Source: Octopus vulgaris (lineage: Eukaryota). From it: a stretch of 64,000 bases of DNA. The stretch spans positions 141,050,001 through 141,114,000 of the forward strand of contig OX597816.1 of the NCBI GenBank assembly GCA_951406725.2, in the 5' to 3' direction. This document shows, piece after piece, positions 40,035-50,659 of this stretch. How positions within the stretch are numbered: position 1 is the stretch's first letter; each line of letters starts with the position of its first letter. The notes under the pieces were generated by a model. The model saw only the letters and a list, made by a program, of their open reading frames with translations. It ran no database searches and was not told the origin of the DNA. The position numbers and the translations under genes were made by a program.

Positions 40035-42945
40035 ACAAAGCATGACATAACAAACAGGTGACGTAACAAATCTTACGGCCGTTTCCGCATCTGTTGCCAA
40101 ACGCTGTCTATAAATAATTGCGAAAATAAAATTCTTCATTTTCATAGAATTAAGGCATGGAGCTTCATCATAATAAAAAACGAGAGCATCCAATATAAAC
40201 AAAGATGGAATAGGAAAGAAAACACGGCCTAGAAAAGATGTCTAGAAGCCCAATATGTTAAAAGCATATAATCTACCATCTAGGTGCTACGAGGTCCAAA
40301 GGTAAAAGTGTGAGCTAGTAATGGTCTAGGGAATACTACAATTTATTTACGAGTAGTTTCAATTTTAAAATTTAAGAAAAGAAGTTATCAAAAAATATAT
40401 ATAAGGAAACTTACTAACATGATTATCAAAGGGCAGTACCTATGCTTACGAAGTAAACTCAAGTAAATGTATCCAAAAGAAAGTTTACTCACAGAAATAT
40501 TACCGAGAATCCCACCTATTGTCCACAATAAGGTAAGTCTGAGTCCAGCGGTCTGTACAATTGGTCAGTTACAATTTGAACCGAGGTCACAAGTTAAAAC
40601 CGTTACAATAGATATGTCAGTAAAAATAAACAAGATAAAGGGTCCGGGTGGGATACAATGATATAAGTGGTGCTTGGCCGTTTATGTCCTTACACAGCTT
40701 AACGTATATAACATGCATGCGGGAACGGTCAGGGAATAAGTAACCTCGGGTAATAGTTGAGGGGAGGCGACTAGTACAGGTAATTCAGCGATTCATCAAA
40801 GTTACTAGGAAATGAATTTGGACTTAACCTCATATATAGCGAATTGTGGTAATAATTAGATATATTCAGGTACGCAAGAAAAATCCATGTTATGGGTACA
40901 CTACAATGCACAAATAAAAAGCCACTTACAATTAGGCGGTTAATATTTAAGACCAAATCACTTGTTAATTATTATCAATGAATAAGACTCAAAAGTTTCC
41001 ACAGTATACTAAATATGCTTAATAAGCATTACATAATCATGAAAGTTATATAGTTCCTATCATTATATAAACAGTTTAAAAGAATATATTGGCACTATAT
41101 GGGTACAGTTAATACCGGGTCCACTGGCAAATTAGTACTATAAGTAAAGTTTCCTTAATTCAAACAATTTACTAAACATACTTAAAAAGCAATAATACCC
41201 TAAGATTAGAATGAAATACTAATTAAATTTAATAATTAAAAATTATAAACTTAAGGTGTATTACTCATAGTGGGTGTAAAAAATACTATTACAATCAACA
41301 GGCTGTGCTTATATTACATTACCCTAAAACTAGACTGTTCCTATCAATAAATCTAATACTTTAAAAATTATAATCTATTAATATATTAACTTTAAGATGG
41401 TGCAGACATACAATTACAATCAACGGGCTACACTTACAGTTCTACACAGTACATCCAATTTTTTTCAAATATCTCCTGGTAAGCCCAACTAACATAGTAC
41501 CAAAAAACAAGCAGACAAATACAATGTATGGTGGGAGAGGGTGGACATAGGGTGCAATAAAATTTTAAAAAAAACTTATAATAAAATAGAAATAAAATGA
41601 AATACGATGATTAAGTCAAACATGGGGATAATATTGTTCCCAAATATATAGGGCTATTAATGCCCATTCAAAGTAGGGGAAGGGTAGTGAGTGGAGGAAA
41701 GAGCAATAAGTTAGTAGCGAGATAAATCCAAATTCCAGCAAGTGTCGACTAATACATCCAATGGTATAAAAAAGGTGCTAGAGGGTAAAGAAAGCAAACA
41801 ATATAGGTAAAGCTAAAATTGAAATTTAAGTAAAATATAGGATTTGAAGTAGTTATCTTTATAAATAAAAGTGAGGTTGTGTGCTGTCTGTCTCCTACGA
41901 TTTATATTCCTAACTACTCCCACATTTTGCGGTGCAGTTTAACCAAAAGCGGGTATCTTATAGTCGTGATTCATATCGAGCCCTTCTGGGTATTAGCGCG
42001 CGTCTACGATGAGTCTACGATTTAAAAAAAATTTACCATCAATTTTTCCCATTTTTAATGCATTTTTGGCATATATAAGGGAAGTAACTCTCTAAAAATT
42101 TTTATTAAATCTCAGAACGTAAAAAGCTACAGTAACAACACCCCCCTCTTTGTGGTTAGCCATATTGAGATGGCTATTATACTTTACATCTCTAAAAATG
42201 CTTATATAGTTATTTCCCTTACAAACCCGAGCAACGCCGGGCGATACTGCTAGTTAGGAGTAAAAGACTATGTGGTAGAAAACCTTTGCGTTCGTGGATA
42301 AGTTATGATAGAAATAACAGGCATTAATACAAGGGGTTAGGTGATAACATGGGGGAAAAGCAAATTGGTATAAGAAGTAGGTAGTTGATTTGGGTGGTGG
42401 TGGGGGTAACATCTAAACTTTGGAATAGGGTAAGAGGAGGGGTTGATTATTTGAATATCTACAAGAGCCTCGGTAATTTCTAACAAGACAAACTATAATT
42501 AAGGAATGAGATGTATAACCTACGTTTTACTATCAGGGGCTACTATTTTATATGCTGTGGGGTTATTTGTACGATTATGAGGTATTATAAGTGTTTCTAA
42601 TGCTATTAATATTTATTGAAAGTAGACCTCCCTATGTGCAGGCAAGCTACATTTCATTCACCTCTCAGGTTCACTAATGGATTACGTGCTGTTACAATGA
42701 AAAAAGTTCATTAATGCAAAGATAACATTTCCTATTTTTCCATTATACGAAGGTACAGTAGCGAGGATCTCCCATTTTAATGTGAAGCTAGAGCTATCTT
42801 TGAGCTCTCAAATATACCTACTTAAACCTCTCGAATTAATTCTGTTTCTATTTCTAAAAGAATGCTGATGCGTGGCTAGTCTTCGTTTTATTTCATTTTG
42901 GGTTGCTCCAATGTAACTCATTTTGTTTGACTGTGTTGTGACTGT
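40035..42945 (-). mobile_element. Penelope-like element 3' part: GIY-YIG endonuclease remnant, long 3' region, degenerate hammerhead
   Basis: Reads [48 protein letters not shown] (42610-42945). GAAACGGCCGTA lies near 40075 on the minus strand. The element ends in (TA)n. Confidence 0.8.
41856..42253 (+). mobile_element. Non-autonomous Helitron inserted in the Penelope 3' region
   Basis: A|TCTTTATAAATAAAAG...CCCGAGCAACGCCGGG-cgatactg-CTAG|T. Confidence 0.9.
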
Positions 42946-42960
42946 ACATACATACATACA

Positions 42961-43021
<61 letters not shown>

Positions 43022-43040
43022 CATATATATATATATACAT

Positions 43041-43087
<47 letters not shown>

Positions 43088-43127
43088 TATATCTACATAT
43101 ATATATATACATATACATACATGCATT

Positions 43128-43193
<66 letters not shown>

Positions 43194-43194
<1 letters not shown>

Positions 43195-43742
43195 AGGCCG
43201 CCCCATCGTCACCTCTTGCAACTGCCCCACCGAACTCATCTCCAGATATCTTGACCGTGTCCTTGCTTCCCTCCCCTCTCACATCCACACATCCATGACA
43301 CCAACCATGCTCTTCGTTTGTTCAACTCTTTCTCCTTCCCTCCTGACCCCTCTAAATTTCTCTTCACTCTTGACGTCAAGAGTCTATACACGGTGATCTC
43401 TCACCACGAGGGGCGTGCACTCCAGCATTTCCTTGACCTTCAACCCAATCCCCAACCTGACACATCCGTACTCCTTTGTCTAGCCGAACTTGTCCTCTCA
43501 CTCAACAGCTTCTCGTTCGCGGGTGATTTTTACTAGTAGCTCTCGGAAGAGGCCATGGGAACGAGAATGGGCCCCAACTATGCGAACCTGTTCGTTGGCT
43601 ACGTTGAGGGCCCCAAATATTCTCAAGTTTTACTGGTCCCACTCCTGAGCTATACGATCGCTATATTGACGACTGTATCGGTGCGACTACACTCACCCGC
43701 GAACATCTGGACTCTTTCTTCTCTTTTGTCAAATCTTTCCAT
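43194..43742 (+). pseudogene. Penelope-like RT core fragment
   Basis: Motifs [53 protein letters not shown] and RYIDDCIG. Confidence 0.92.
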
Positions 43743-44090
43743 CTGTATTTGTTGAGTATATAGAGAGTTTATAGAGCGGTTAAAAATTTTCGGTATGCAA
43801 ATTAGGGACTCCTGCATAGAATTAACTGCTGTATTTGTTGAGTATATGTAGAGTTTATAGAGCGGTTAAAAATTGTTGGTATGCAAATTAGGGACTCCTA
43901 CATAGAATTAACTGCTGTATTTGTTGAGTATATATAGAGTTTATAGAGCGGTTAAAAATTTTCGGTATGCAAATTAGGGACTCCAGCATAGAATTAACTA
44001 CTGCATTTGTTGAGTATAAATAGAGTTTATAGAGCGGCTAAAAATTTTCGGTATGCAAATTAGGGACTCCTACATAGAATTAACTGCTGT
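43743..44090. repeat. 86-bp tandem repeat, 4 copies
   Basis: Units start at 43743, 43829, 43915 and 44001 and are highly similar. Confidence 0.97.
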
Positions 44091-44281
44091 AACCCTAACC
44101 CTAACCCTCACTTTCACCCTCACCCTAACCCTAAATATTAACCTTTAGTTTTTTTTTTCTTAATTGTTAAATTAATTTAAGGATAAGAAGAAAAAAACGA
44201 AAGGCTAAAATGAAAGCAATGGAAAAACGAAAGGCTAAAATTTAGGGTTAGGGTTAAGGTAAGGGTGAGGGTTAGGGTTAG
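44090..44281. repeat. Inverted telomere-like tracts (CCCTAA)n ... (TTAGGG)n around a palindromic AT spacer
   Basis: taaccctaaccctaaccc.. at 44090 and ..ttagggttagggtt..gggttagggttag ending at 44281, with centre ttaaattaatttaa. Confidence 0.85.
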
Positions 44282-44515
44282 TGACAGGATGTTGTCTCAG
44301 TTTTAAACGCAGCAAATGATTTTAGCTCACTCGATGCGATTCATTGGTTAAAATTCAAAAATTAAACTACATTAAACAAACAAATTACTATTTTCTCAAG
44401 AAAGCCAAGAGAAAAAAATGTTTTATTTTTACACATTCTACCAGTATACGAAGTTTTAAAGTGTTTAGTTAACTAGAAATTGTGTTGACATGTGCCGTTC
44501 AAAAAGAAAAGATCC
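44282..44515. mobile_element. Right arm of a Merlin-like element
   Basis: acacattctac/tagt..gaagttt..aagtgtttagtt..aaaagatcc is homologous to 50320-50515. Confidence 0.75.
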
Positions 44516-44785
44516 GTTTTTGTTTCATCACACGATCTCAGATCAGGTCACTTGCTATGCAAGTACATCTCCGTAAATACATAATATTTATTATGAATAT
44601 AATCCCTCTCTCGTAGTTCCTCTCCGCTTTTATGATTCGTATATATATTTCATACAGTAGTTTATACATACATACATACATACATACATACATACATACA
44701 TACATACATACATACATACATACATACATACATACATACATACATACATGCATACATGTATACGTATATATATACGTACGTACAT

Positions 44786-44824
<39 letters not shown>

Positions 44825-44854
44825 CATACATACATACATACATACATACATACA

Positions 44855-44886
<32 letters not shown>

Positions 44887-46251
44887 GGCGCAGGCGTGGC
44901 TTTGTGGTAAGAAAGTGTTATATGACTTCTACTCAACTCCCTCTATATCTACGTATTGGGCTAGCCTACTTCATCGTCTAAGGGCGTCCACACAACACCT
45001 CCCACTTTTGAGTTTTTCAAACCCAAATTTATCAATTTTATTTCCTCGATGAGAAACTGGCATATATTTTTCTCTTAGCGTTGATGTCCATCATTTCTGT
45101 AGGTTTTCTCTTCCTGTTCGACCTACATGTCAGTTCTGCTTTTGCTTGTGGTTCTGGGACCTCGAACAAATCATACCATAAATCCATTGGTTCTTCTAGC
45201 CTCTCATGATTTTTGGTATATCTTTTTTTTAATTGGTTTAAATACCTTCTGTGTTCATATTTTGGTCCTTTTACCATGTGCATCACGTTACCCAGACGTC
45301 CAGTTATACTTCCTTGTTCCCAGTCCTGTTTTCCGTTACTATATATTTTAAAATACACTTTGTCACCTGTGTTAAAAAAATTTCGCTTTTCTTCCCGAAT
45401 TTTCTATTTTCTGTTTCCTGCTCGGCAACCATTTGTCAAAAATAGAACGAATTTTTCTGGAAAACATCAAATCTGCGGGTGACCAACCCGACTCTGCATT
45501 TGGATTCGGTATTATTCTATACACCTGCAAAAACTTTGTCATATTTGTATCTTCAAGGATTTCGCGTCTGGTCTTCCTTAAGGCTCTCTTGAATGTATCG
45601 ACGAATCTTTCCGCTAACACATTTGACCTTGGATGGTATGGCGGAGTTAACACATGCTTCATCTGAACCGACTTACAGAATCTTTCGAACACCTTCGCCG
45701 TGAATTGTGTACTATTATCTGACACGATTGTATCTGGCACTCCATAACGATCGAATAGTTCTTCCAAGAAGTCAATAGTCACACTTGTGATTGACCTTGA
45801 ACATATCTGGCGTTAATTCTTCCAGCTTAAACCTTTCGCAAGCCTTATTAACCATACTGGCATATGTTACAAAATCATCGAACTCGTTTTTCTTTAAATT
45901 TAAACATTCCCATCGAATGTTAAACTGCGAACTTTTCTCGCTAAAAATATTAGTCAAAATATTTATCGCTTCATCAGAACACAATTCCGCGGGCTTTCTC
46001 GGCAAAATAAAGTTACAAAACCTTTCGTGTTCCGGAGTAGCAAGCTTTCGCGAAAGGAGCCTTACCTTCCTTTCACTAGACCATCCCTTATATTTCTCTA
46101 TGTCTTCGTATCGTCTGTAATATGCAGCAAAAGTAGTTCCTTCATCCGGATTGTAGTGAAATTCTTCGATGGAATTTGCAACACCATCTGCTGAAAATGA
46201 TTCTGTCGTATTTCTCGACTGCAGTAACAATTCTGTTAACTTCTGTAGTTG

Positions 46252-46305
<54 letters not shown>

Positions 46306-46868
46306 TTGTTTTACAACTGCTTTCAGTAACTCTTCCATTTCGGTACTATCCGAAACCTCGTCGCCACTGTTATATCGCAATACTACACAGTGACTGTGTG
46401 TGCTACGAAATCCTCGTCGCCACTGTTATATCGCACGTTCCGATGACCTCTACTCAACTCCCGACGTCTAGATTTCTCCCTCTATATCTACGTAATAGGC
46501 TAGCCTACTTCATCGTCTGGAGGCGTCCACACAACAGAAAGTTACTTCCCAACCACATGGTCCCAGGTTTAGGCTTACTTCACGGCACCTTGGGCAAGTG
46601 TCTTTTACTATAGCTTCGGGCTGACCAAAGCCTTGTGAGTGGATGTGTGCGTGTGTGTGTGTATTTGTGTGTGTGCCTTTGTGTCGATGTTTGTCCCCCA
46701 TCACCGCTTAATAACCGATGTTAGTGTGTTTACTACCCCATAACCTAGCGGTTCAGCAAAACATACCGATAGAATAAAAAATAAGTACTGGAGTCGATCT
46801 ATTCGACTAAAAACTCTTCAATGTCGTGCCCCAGCATGGCCGCAGTCTGAAACAAGTAAAAGATAAAG
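44887..46868 (+). mobile_element. SINE family A split by the LTR element
   Basis: The head at 44887-44915 continues at 46542 (ttacttcccaaccacatgg). Confidence 0.9.
44916..46536 (-). mobile_element. Gypsy LTR retrotransposon, internally deleted (gag + integrase only), short LTRs
   Basis: TG..CA LTRs at 46424-46536 and 44916-44997, a 5-bp TSD gaaag, PBS TGGCGACGAGGAT and PPT aaaagtgggagg. The gag ORF is 45772-46380. The integrase reads YGVPDTIVSDNSTQF..PPYHPRSNVLAERFVDTFK. Confidence 0.95.
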
Positions 46869-47409
46869 GTATACATACATACATACAGAGACAGACGTGT
46901 GTGCGCATGCGCGTGCTTATATTCATTTGTTTTCTTGTGCCGCTTCATTTTTATTATATGGAACACTGGGATCCAGTGTATGTAATCCAGTGTATATAAT
47001 TCGATATAGAATATTCAAATCTATGGCGCACTTTGATAAACTTCACGAAAATACATTTTAGTGTATTTACTAAGTATTTATTATGATTATAATTCCACTC
47101 TGCTTTTGCGATTTAAATGCGCAATTTCTCTAGCAATATATTGTAAGGTTTTACATACAAATAAACAATTTTTTTTAAAATTTTCTCACACGGTCTATGT
47201 TAAGCTTCGGTTTTGGCTCATATTACCAACCAGAGCACATATACAAAAAATTTCAAAAATGAATGTATGTATGTATGTATGTACGTACGTATGTATGTAT
47301 GTATGTATATATGTATGTATGTACGTATGTATGTATGTATGTACGTATGTATGTATGTATGTATGTATGTATGTATGTATGTATGTATGTATGTATGTAT
47401 GTATGCATG

Positions 47410-47860
47410 TATAAACAATTCATAAATAAGGGCAAAGGAAAAAATTTCTAATGCCAAATATGCCGAAAAATTGGACATATTGTCCATTAACCATATAATT
47501 TTTTCACAATACGCACGCTACTCGAAAAAAGGTCGACAGGAATTTCTAAAAAATTCCATTATTACCATATCGGACCGATTTCAGGGTTAGCTCATAACAG
47601 CCCTCCCTTCGTCAGTGATACATGTGGGAAAAGAAATAAATGAGATACTTACTCACACCCATGGAAGAAGCAAACACTAAGTCATGAGCACAATTAAGTA
47701 CCCCAAATATACCCAAAATAGAAATACTCCAGCCCATTCGAGACACGTGCGATTTGAACTGAGGCCCTCACAGAGTGAGAGAGTCCGGAAGTGAACGCTT
47801 AAATTTATATCTAATGTAGGATAAAATTTTTTTCGAAAAAAAATTCTTTTCGAAAAAAGT
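47410..47860 (-). mobile_element. Penelope-like pLTR fragment inside (TATG)n
   Basis: Unique insert between TATG arrays. The minus strand has TATAAA, CACTTCCGG, a GTAAGT donor-like site and a hammerhead. Confidence 0.65.
47568..47620 (-). ncRNA. Type I hammerhead ribozyme (near-intact)
   Basis: TATCA-CTGACGA-AGGG..CCCT-GAA-ATCGGT-C-CGATA: all core nucleotides and a GUC site are present, with one A.C mismatch at the base of stem I. Confidence 0.8.
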
Positions 47861-47934
47861 ATGTATGTATGTATGTATGTATGTATGTATGTATGTATGT
47901 ATGTATGTATGTATGTATGTATGTATGTATGTAT

Positions 47935-48265
47935 TGAGTTTTATTTAACTTCTTAGGAGAGTTCAAGCCAGTTGCTAACAAAGCAACAAGGCTTTTTGAG
48001 TTAAGAGAGTTGCGGGTGTTTGTAAATATGGGGTTGAGTTAGTGTGTTGGTTGAGCTGTCAATGTACACATCCAAGTGTGTGCATCTATTCACCAAAAGA
48101 ATCTCAGATGGAGAATCTTTAGAATGTCTTATAAATCTTCACTGTGCCACTAATAGATTGAGTTTAGAGAATCCGCCTCAGTTTCTTTTGCTCTTTTTTC
48201 GAAAAACCTAGAAATACTAGGTTTTTGTGTAAATGTGTTGGTAAAAAAAACCTAATGCACCTCTG
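47935..48265 (-). mobile_element. 3' end of an RLE-type (R4-like) LINE within (TATG)n
   Basis: The minus strand gives LGF..KLRRIL*TQSISGTVKIYKTF, then a 3' UTR with aataaa running into (TACA)n. Confidence 0.65.
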
Positions 48266-48321
48266 ATGTATGTATGTATGTATGTATGTATGTATGTATG
48301 TATGTATGTATGTGTGTGTGT

Positions 48322-48389
<68 letters not shown>

Positions 48390-48390
<1 letters not shown>

Positions 48391-48788
48391 ATGTCTTTCT
48401 TTAATTTAGAATAAATTTTGATTGACCAAGGTTGTGAAGGAAATCATCTCGTTTTAACCATCATTCTTTAAATCTTAAGAAGTTACTTGCAGATTTTTAT
48501 AGGCCCAGATGTCGTGATCATTTGTAGCATGTAAATTAAGGATTTGCATTCTCTCCCCGAGATCCAAGTTCAACCATACTTTGCTCCAGACGAGTTGGTA
48601 TGTATTTTATATCGTCAATAATAATAGGTATGAAGCTGAAAGTGTATCTTGGCTACAGGATTTACAAACTCCTTACCAATGGTCCATAGATGTCCTCTTT
48701 CTTTTGTATTTTTCTAACTACATTCATGTCCAGAGGGCAGCTGATTTCAACAACAGAACGTATCTTTCCTCAAGCTCAAACGTACTCT
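48390..48788 (-). mobile_element. 3' end of a second RLE-type LINE, tail in (CA)n
   Basis: The minus strand gives SVVEISCPLDMNV..KEDIYGPLVRSL..YTFSFIPIII..MLQMITTSGPIKICK. Confidence 0.75.
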
Positions 48789-48984
48789 TATGTATGTATG
48801 TATGTATGTATGTATGTATGTATGTATGTATGTATGTATGTATGTATGTATGTATGTATGCATGCATGTATGTATGTATGTATGTATGTATGTATGTATG
48901 CATGCATGTATGTATGTATATATGTATGTATCTATGTATGTATGTATCTATGTATGTATGTGTGTGTATGTGTGTGTGTGTGTG

Positions 48985-49290
48985 GACGATTTCTTCTGTC
49001 AAGAGCTGGGCAAGTCAACCACCTAAACTCACATGAAACAGGGAGAAATCAACCAACTTGCGAGATGGTCTTGCTACCTCACCATCCACGGAACATCTGT
49101 AATAAATGCGGATTAATTTGTAAGCCAGCAGGCGGCCTGACAAGGAACGGTAAAGTACATGAAGTCACAACTCAACCTGCGATGCCAGGAGACAGACAAT
49201 TCACATATAACGTCTGTGAACGTGCTTCTAGAACGGAAGCTGGACTGAAGAGCCACCTGTATGCACATGTGCGAAGTTCTATAAAGGGAC
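48985..49290 (+). pseudogene. C-terminal C2H2-like zinc motifs, probably an RTE/BovB LINE 3' end
   Basis: ICNKCGLICKPAGGLTRNGKVH and YNVCERASRTEAGLKSHLYAH are degenerate, lack TGEKP linkers and are flanked by microsatellites. Confidence 0.55.
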
Positions 49291-49551
49291 GTGTTTGTGT
49301 GTTTGTGTGCACGCGCGTGTATCGCCAATGAATATATTAAAGGTTATGGCAGATGACTTGTCAGAATGTTACCAACGGTTTCACATCGAATATTTTCACT
49401 AGACGTTACTACCGTCTCTTCAGATATGCTAGTCGGAAGTACATAGCCTTTTTTAGTGCTTGAAGTATATACGCTTTTGCTTCATTTGGTTGGTGATGGG
49501 GAAAGTTGGAAAGAAATATTAGTGGAAAAAAAAACATTTGAGTTGAAAATC

Positions 49552-50515
49552 GGATCTTTTTCGTTTACTTCCAACCACAATTCTTTAAAACTGAAAATTT
49601 CAAAAAGTGTACTTTTGGTACAGTTTTGCATAATGATACCGAATATTGTTGTTATTACTTTGGAAAATTAGTGATAAAGAAGTTAAAAGCATTTAAAGTT
49701 ACGTATTTTTAGCCAATGAAATTTAAGCCACTGTCCTCACAGCGAAGGTTGAAACTGTTGGCATGACAACTCCGCGAATAGCCATTCTTCTCGAAAAAAT
49801 TCCCATGACAATGAATTAGGGTGAACCCTTCCACTTAGAACTATCATTTTGTTTATATACTGCAGGATGAAAGAGATGATGACAAGTTTTGTAAATAATT
49901 AAGAATTGGTGCAAACAACAGCAGTCGATTACAAAAATAACTTGAAGAAACCTGTGCAGACGAATTGCTGCGTAATCCGACGAAAATTCGTGGTCCTGAC
50001 AGAATTGTTGAAATAGACGAAACAGTCTTCTCAAAAAGAAAATACAGCCGGGGTTGAATGCTACCCGCATAGTAGGCTTTTGGTGGTGCGTGTCGCGAAA
50101 TTTGAATTTTTTTTCTTTTCGCTGGACCTTCTAGAGATCGTAATACTCTCGAAGAATGCATTCGTCAATCAATTTTGCTAGGAACAACTATTTACAGTGA
50201 CCTGTGGCGTGCATGTTCGCGTATTCCTGAGATACCAGTTTCACCGTAGAACGGTAAAACATAGCGTCGCATTTGTAAACTCTCGGGACAAACAACGGCA
50301 GTAATTTTATTCAGCTGAATACACGTCATTGATTGGTTGAAATTACCGAAATACGACTATTTTAAGATGAAATAACTTCCTAAATTAAGATTTTCTCAAA
50401 AACGCTAAGATTAAAAGATGTTTTATATGACACATTCTACTAGTGTCCGAAGTTTGAAAGTGTTTAGTTTCAAAAAAATCATTTTTTAAATCTGTCGATC
50501 AAAAGGTAAAGATCC
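49552..50515 (+). mobile_element. Merlin (ISXO2/IS1595-like) DNA transposon with a decayed transposase
   Basis: GGATCTTT termini are inverted. Remnants read GPDRIVEIDETVFSKRKYSRG*, AFGGACRE and RDRNTLEECIRQSILLGTTIYSDLWRA. Confidence 0.88.
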
Positions 50516-50521
50516 TATATA

Positions 50522-50554
<33 letters not shown>

Positions 50555-50659
50555 TTATCCACATTCATACGTGCGCCCGCATACACACACACACACACAC
50601 ACACACACAGATATTAAGGCACAGATATTAAGGCACAGATATTAAGGCACAGAGATGAA

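Noticed and set aside
42610-42945. In-frame TGA codons in the Penelope GIY-YIG read as selenocysteine
   Set aside because: They fall at positions expected to be Trp or Leu rather than Cys, and the copy is fragmentary, so ordinary decay is simpler.
43743-44090. CRISPR-like array
   Set aside because: The units are contiguous 86-bp tandem copies with no unique spacers, in a eukaryotic context with no cas genes.
44090-44281. Chromosome end-to-end fusion site
   Set aside because: A fusion would read (TTAGGG)n then (CCCTAA)n. Here the order is opposite, and the tracts are short and sit within a transposon-like arm.
45772-46380. Host polyglutamine protein
   Set aside because: It lies between LTRs right after the PBS and is a Gypsy gag.
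48985-49290. Host C2H2 zinc-finger gene exon
   Set aside because: The ligands are degenerate, there are no TGEKP linkers, and the C..C...GL.SH...H pattern fits LINE C-termini.
49365-49440. Additional hammerhead (minus strand CTGAAGA..GAAACCGTT)
   Set aside because: Stem II is not adjacent to GAAA and stem I and the cleavage triplet are not satisfied; it is too degenerate to call.
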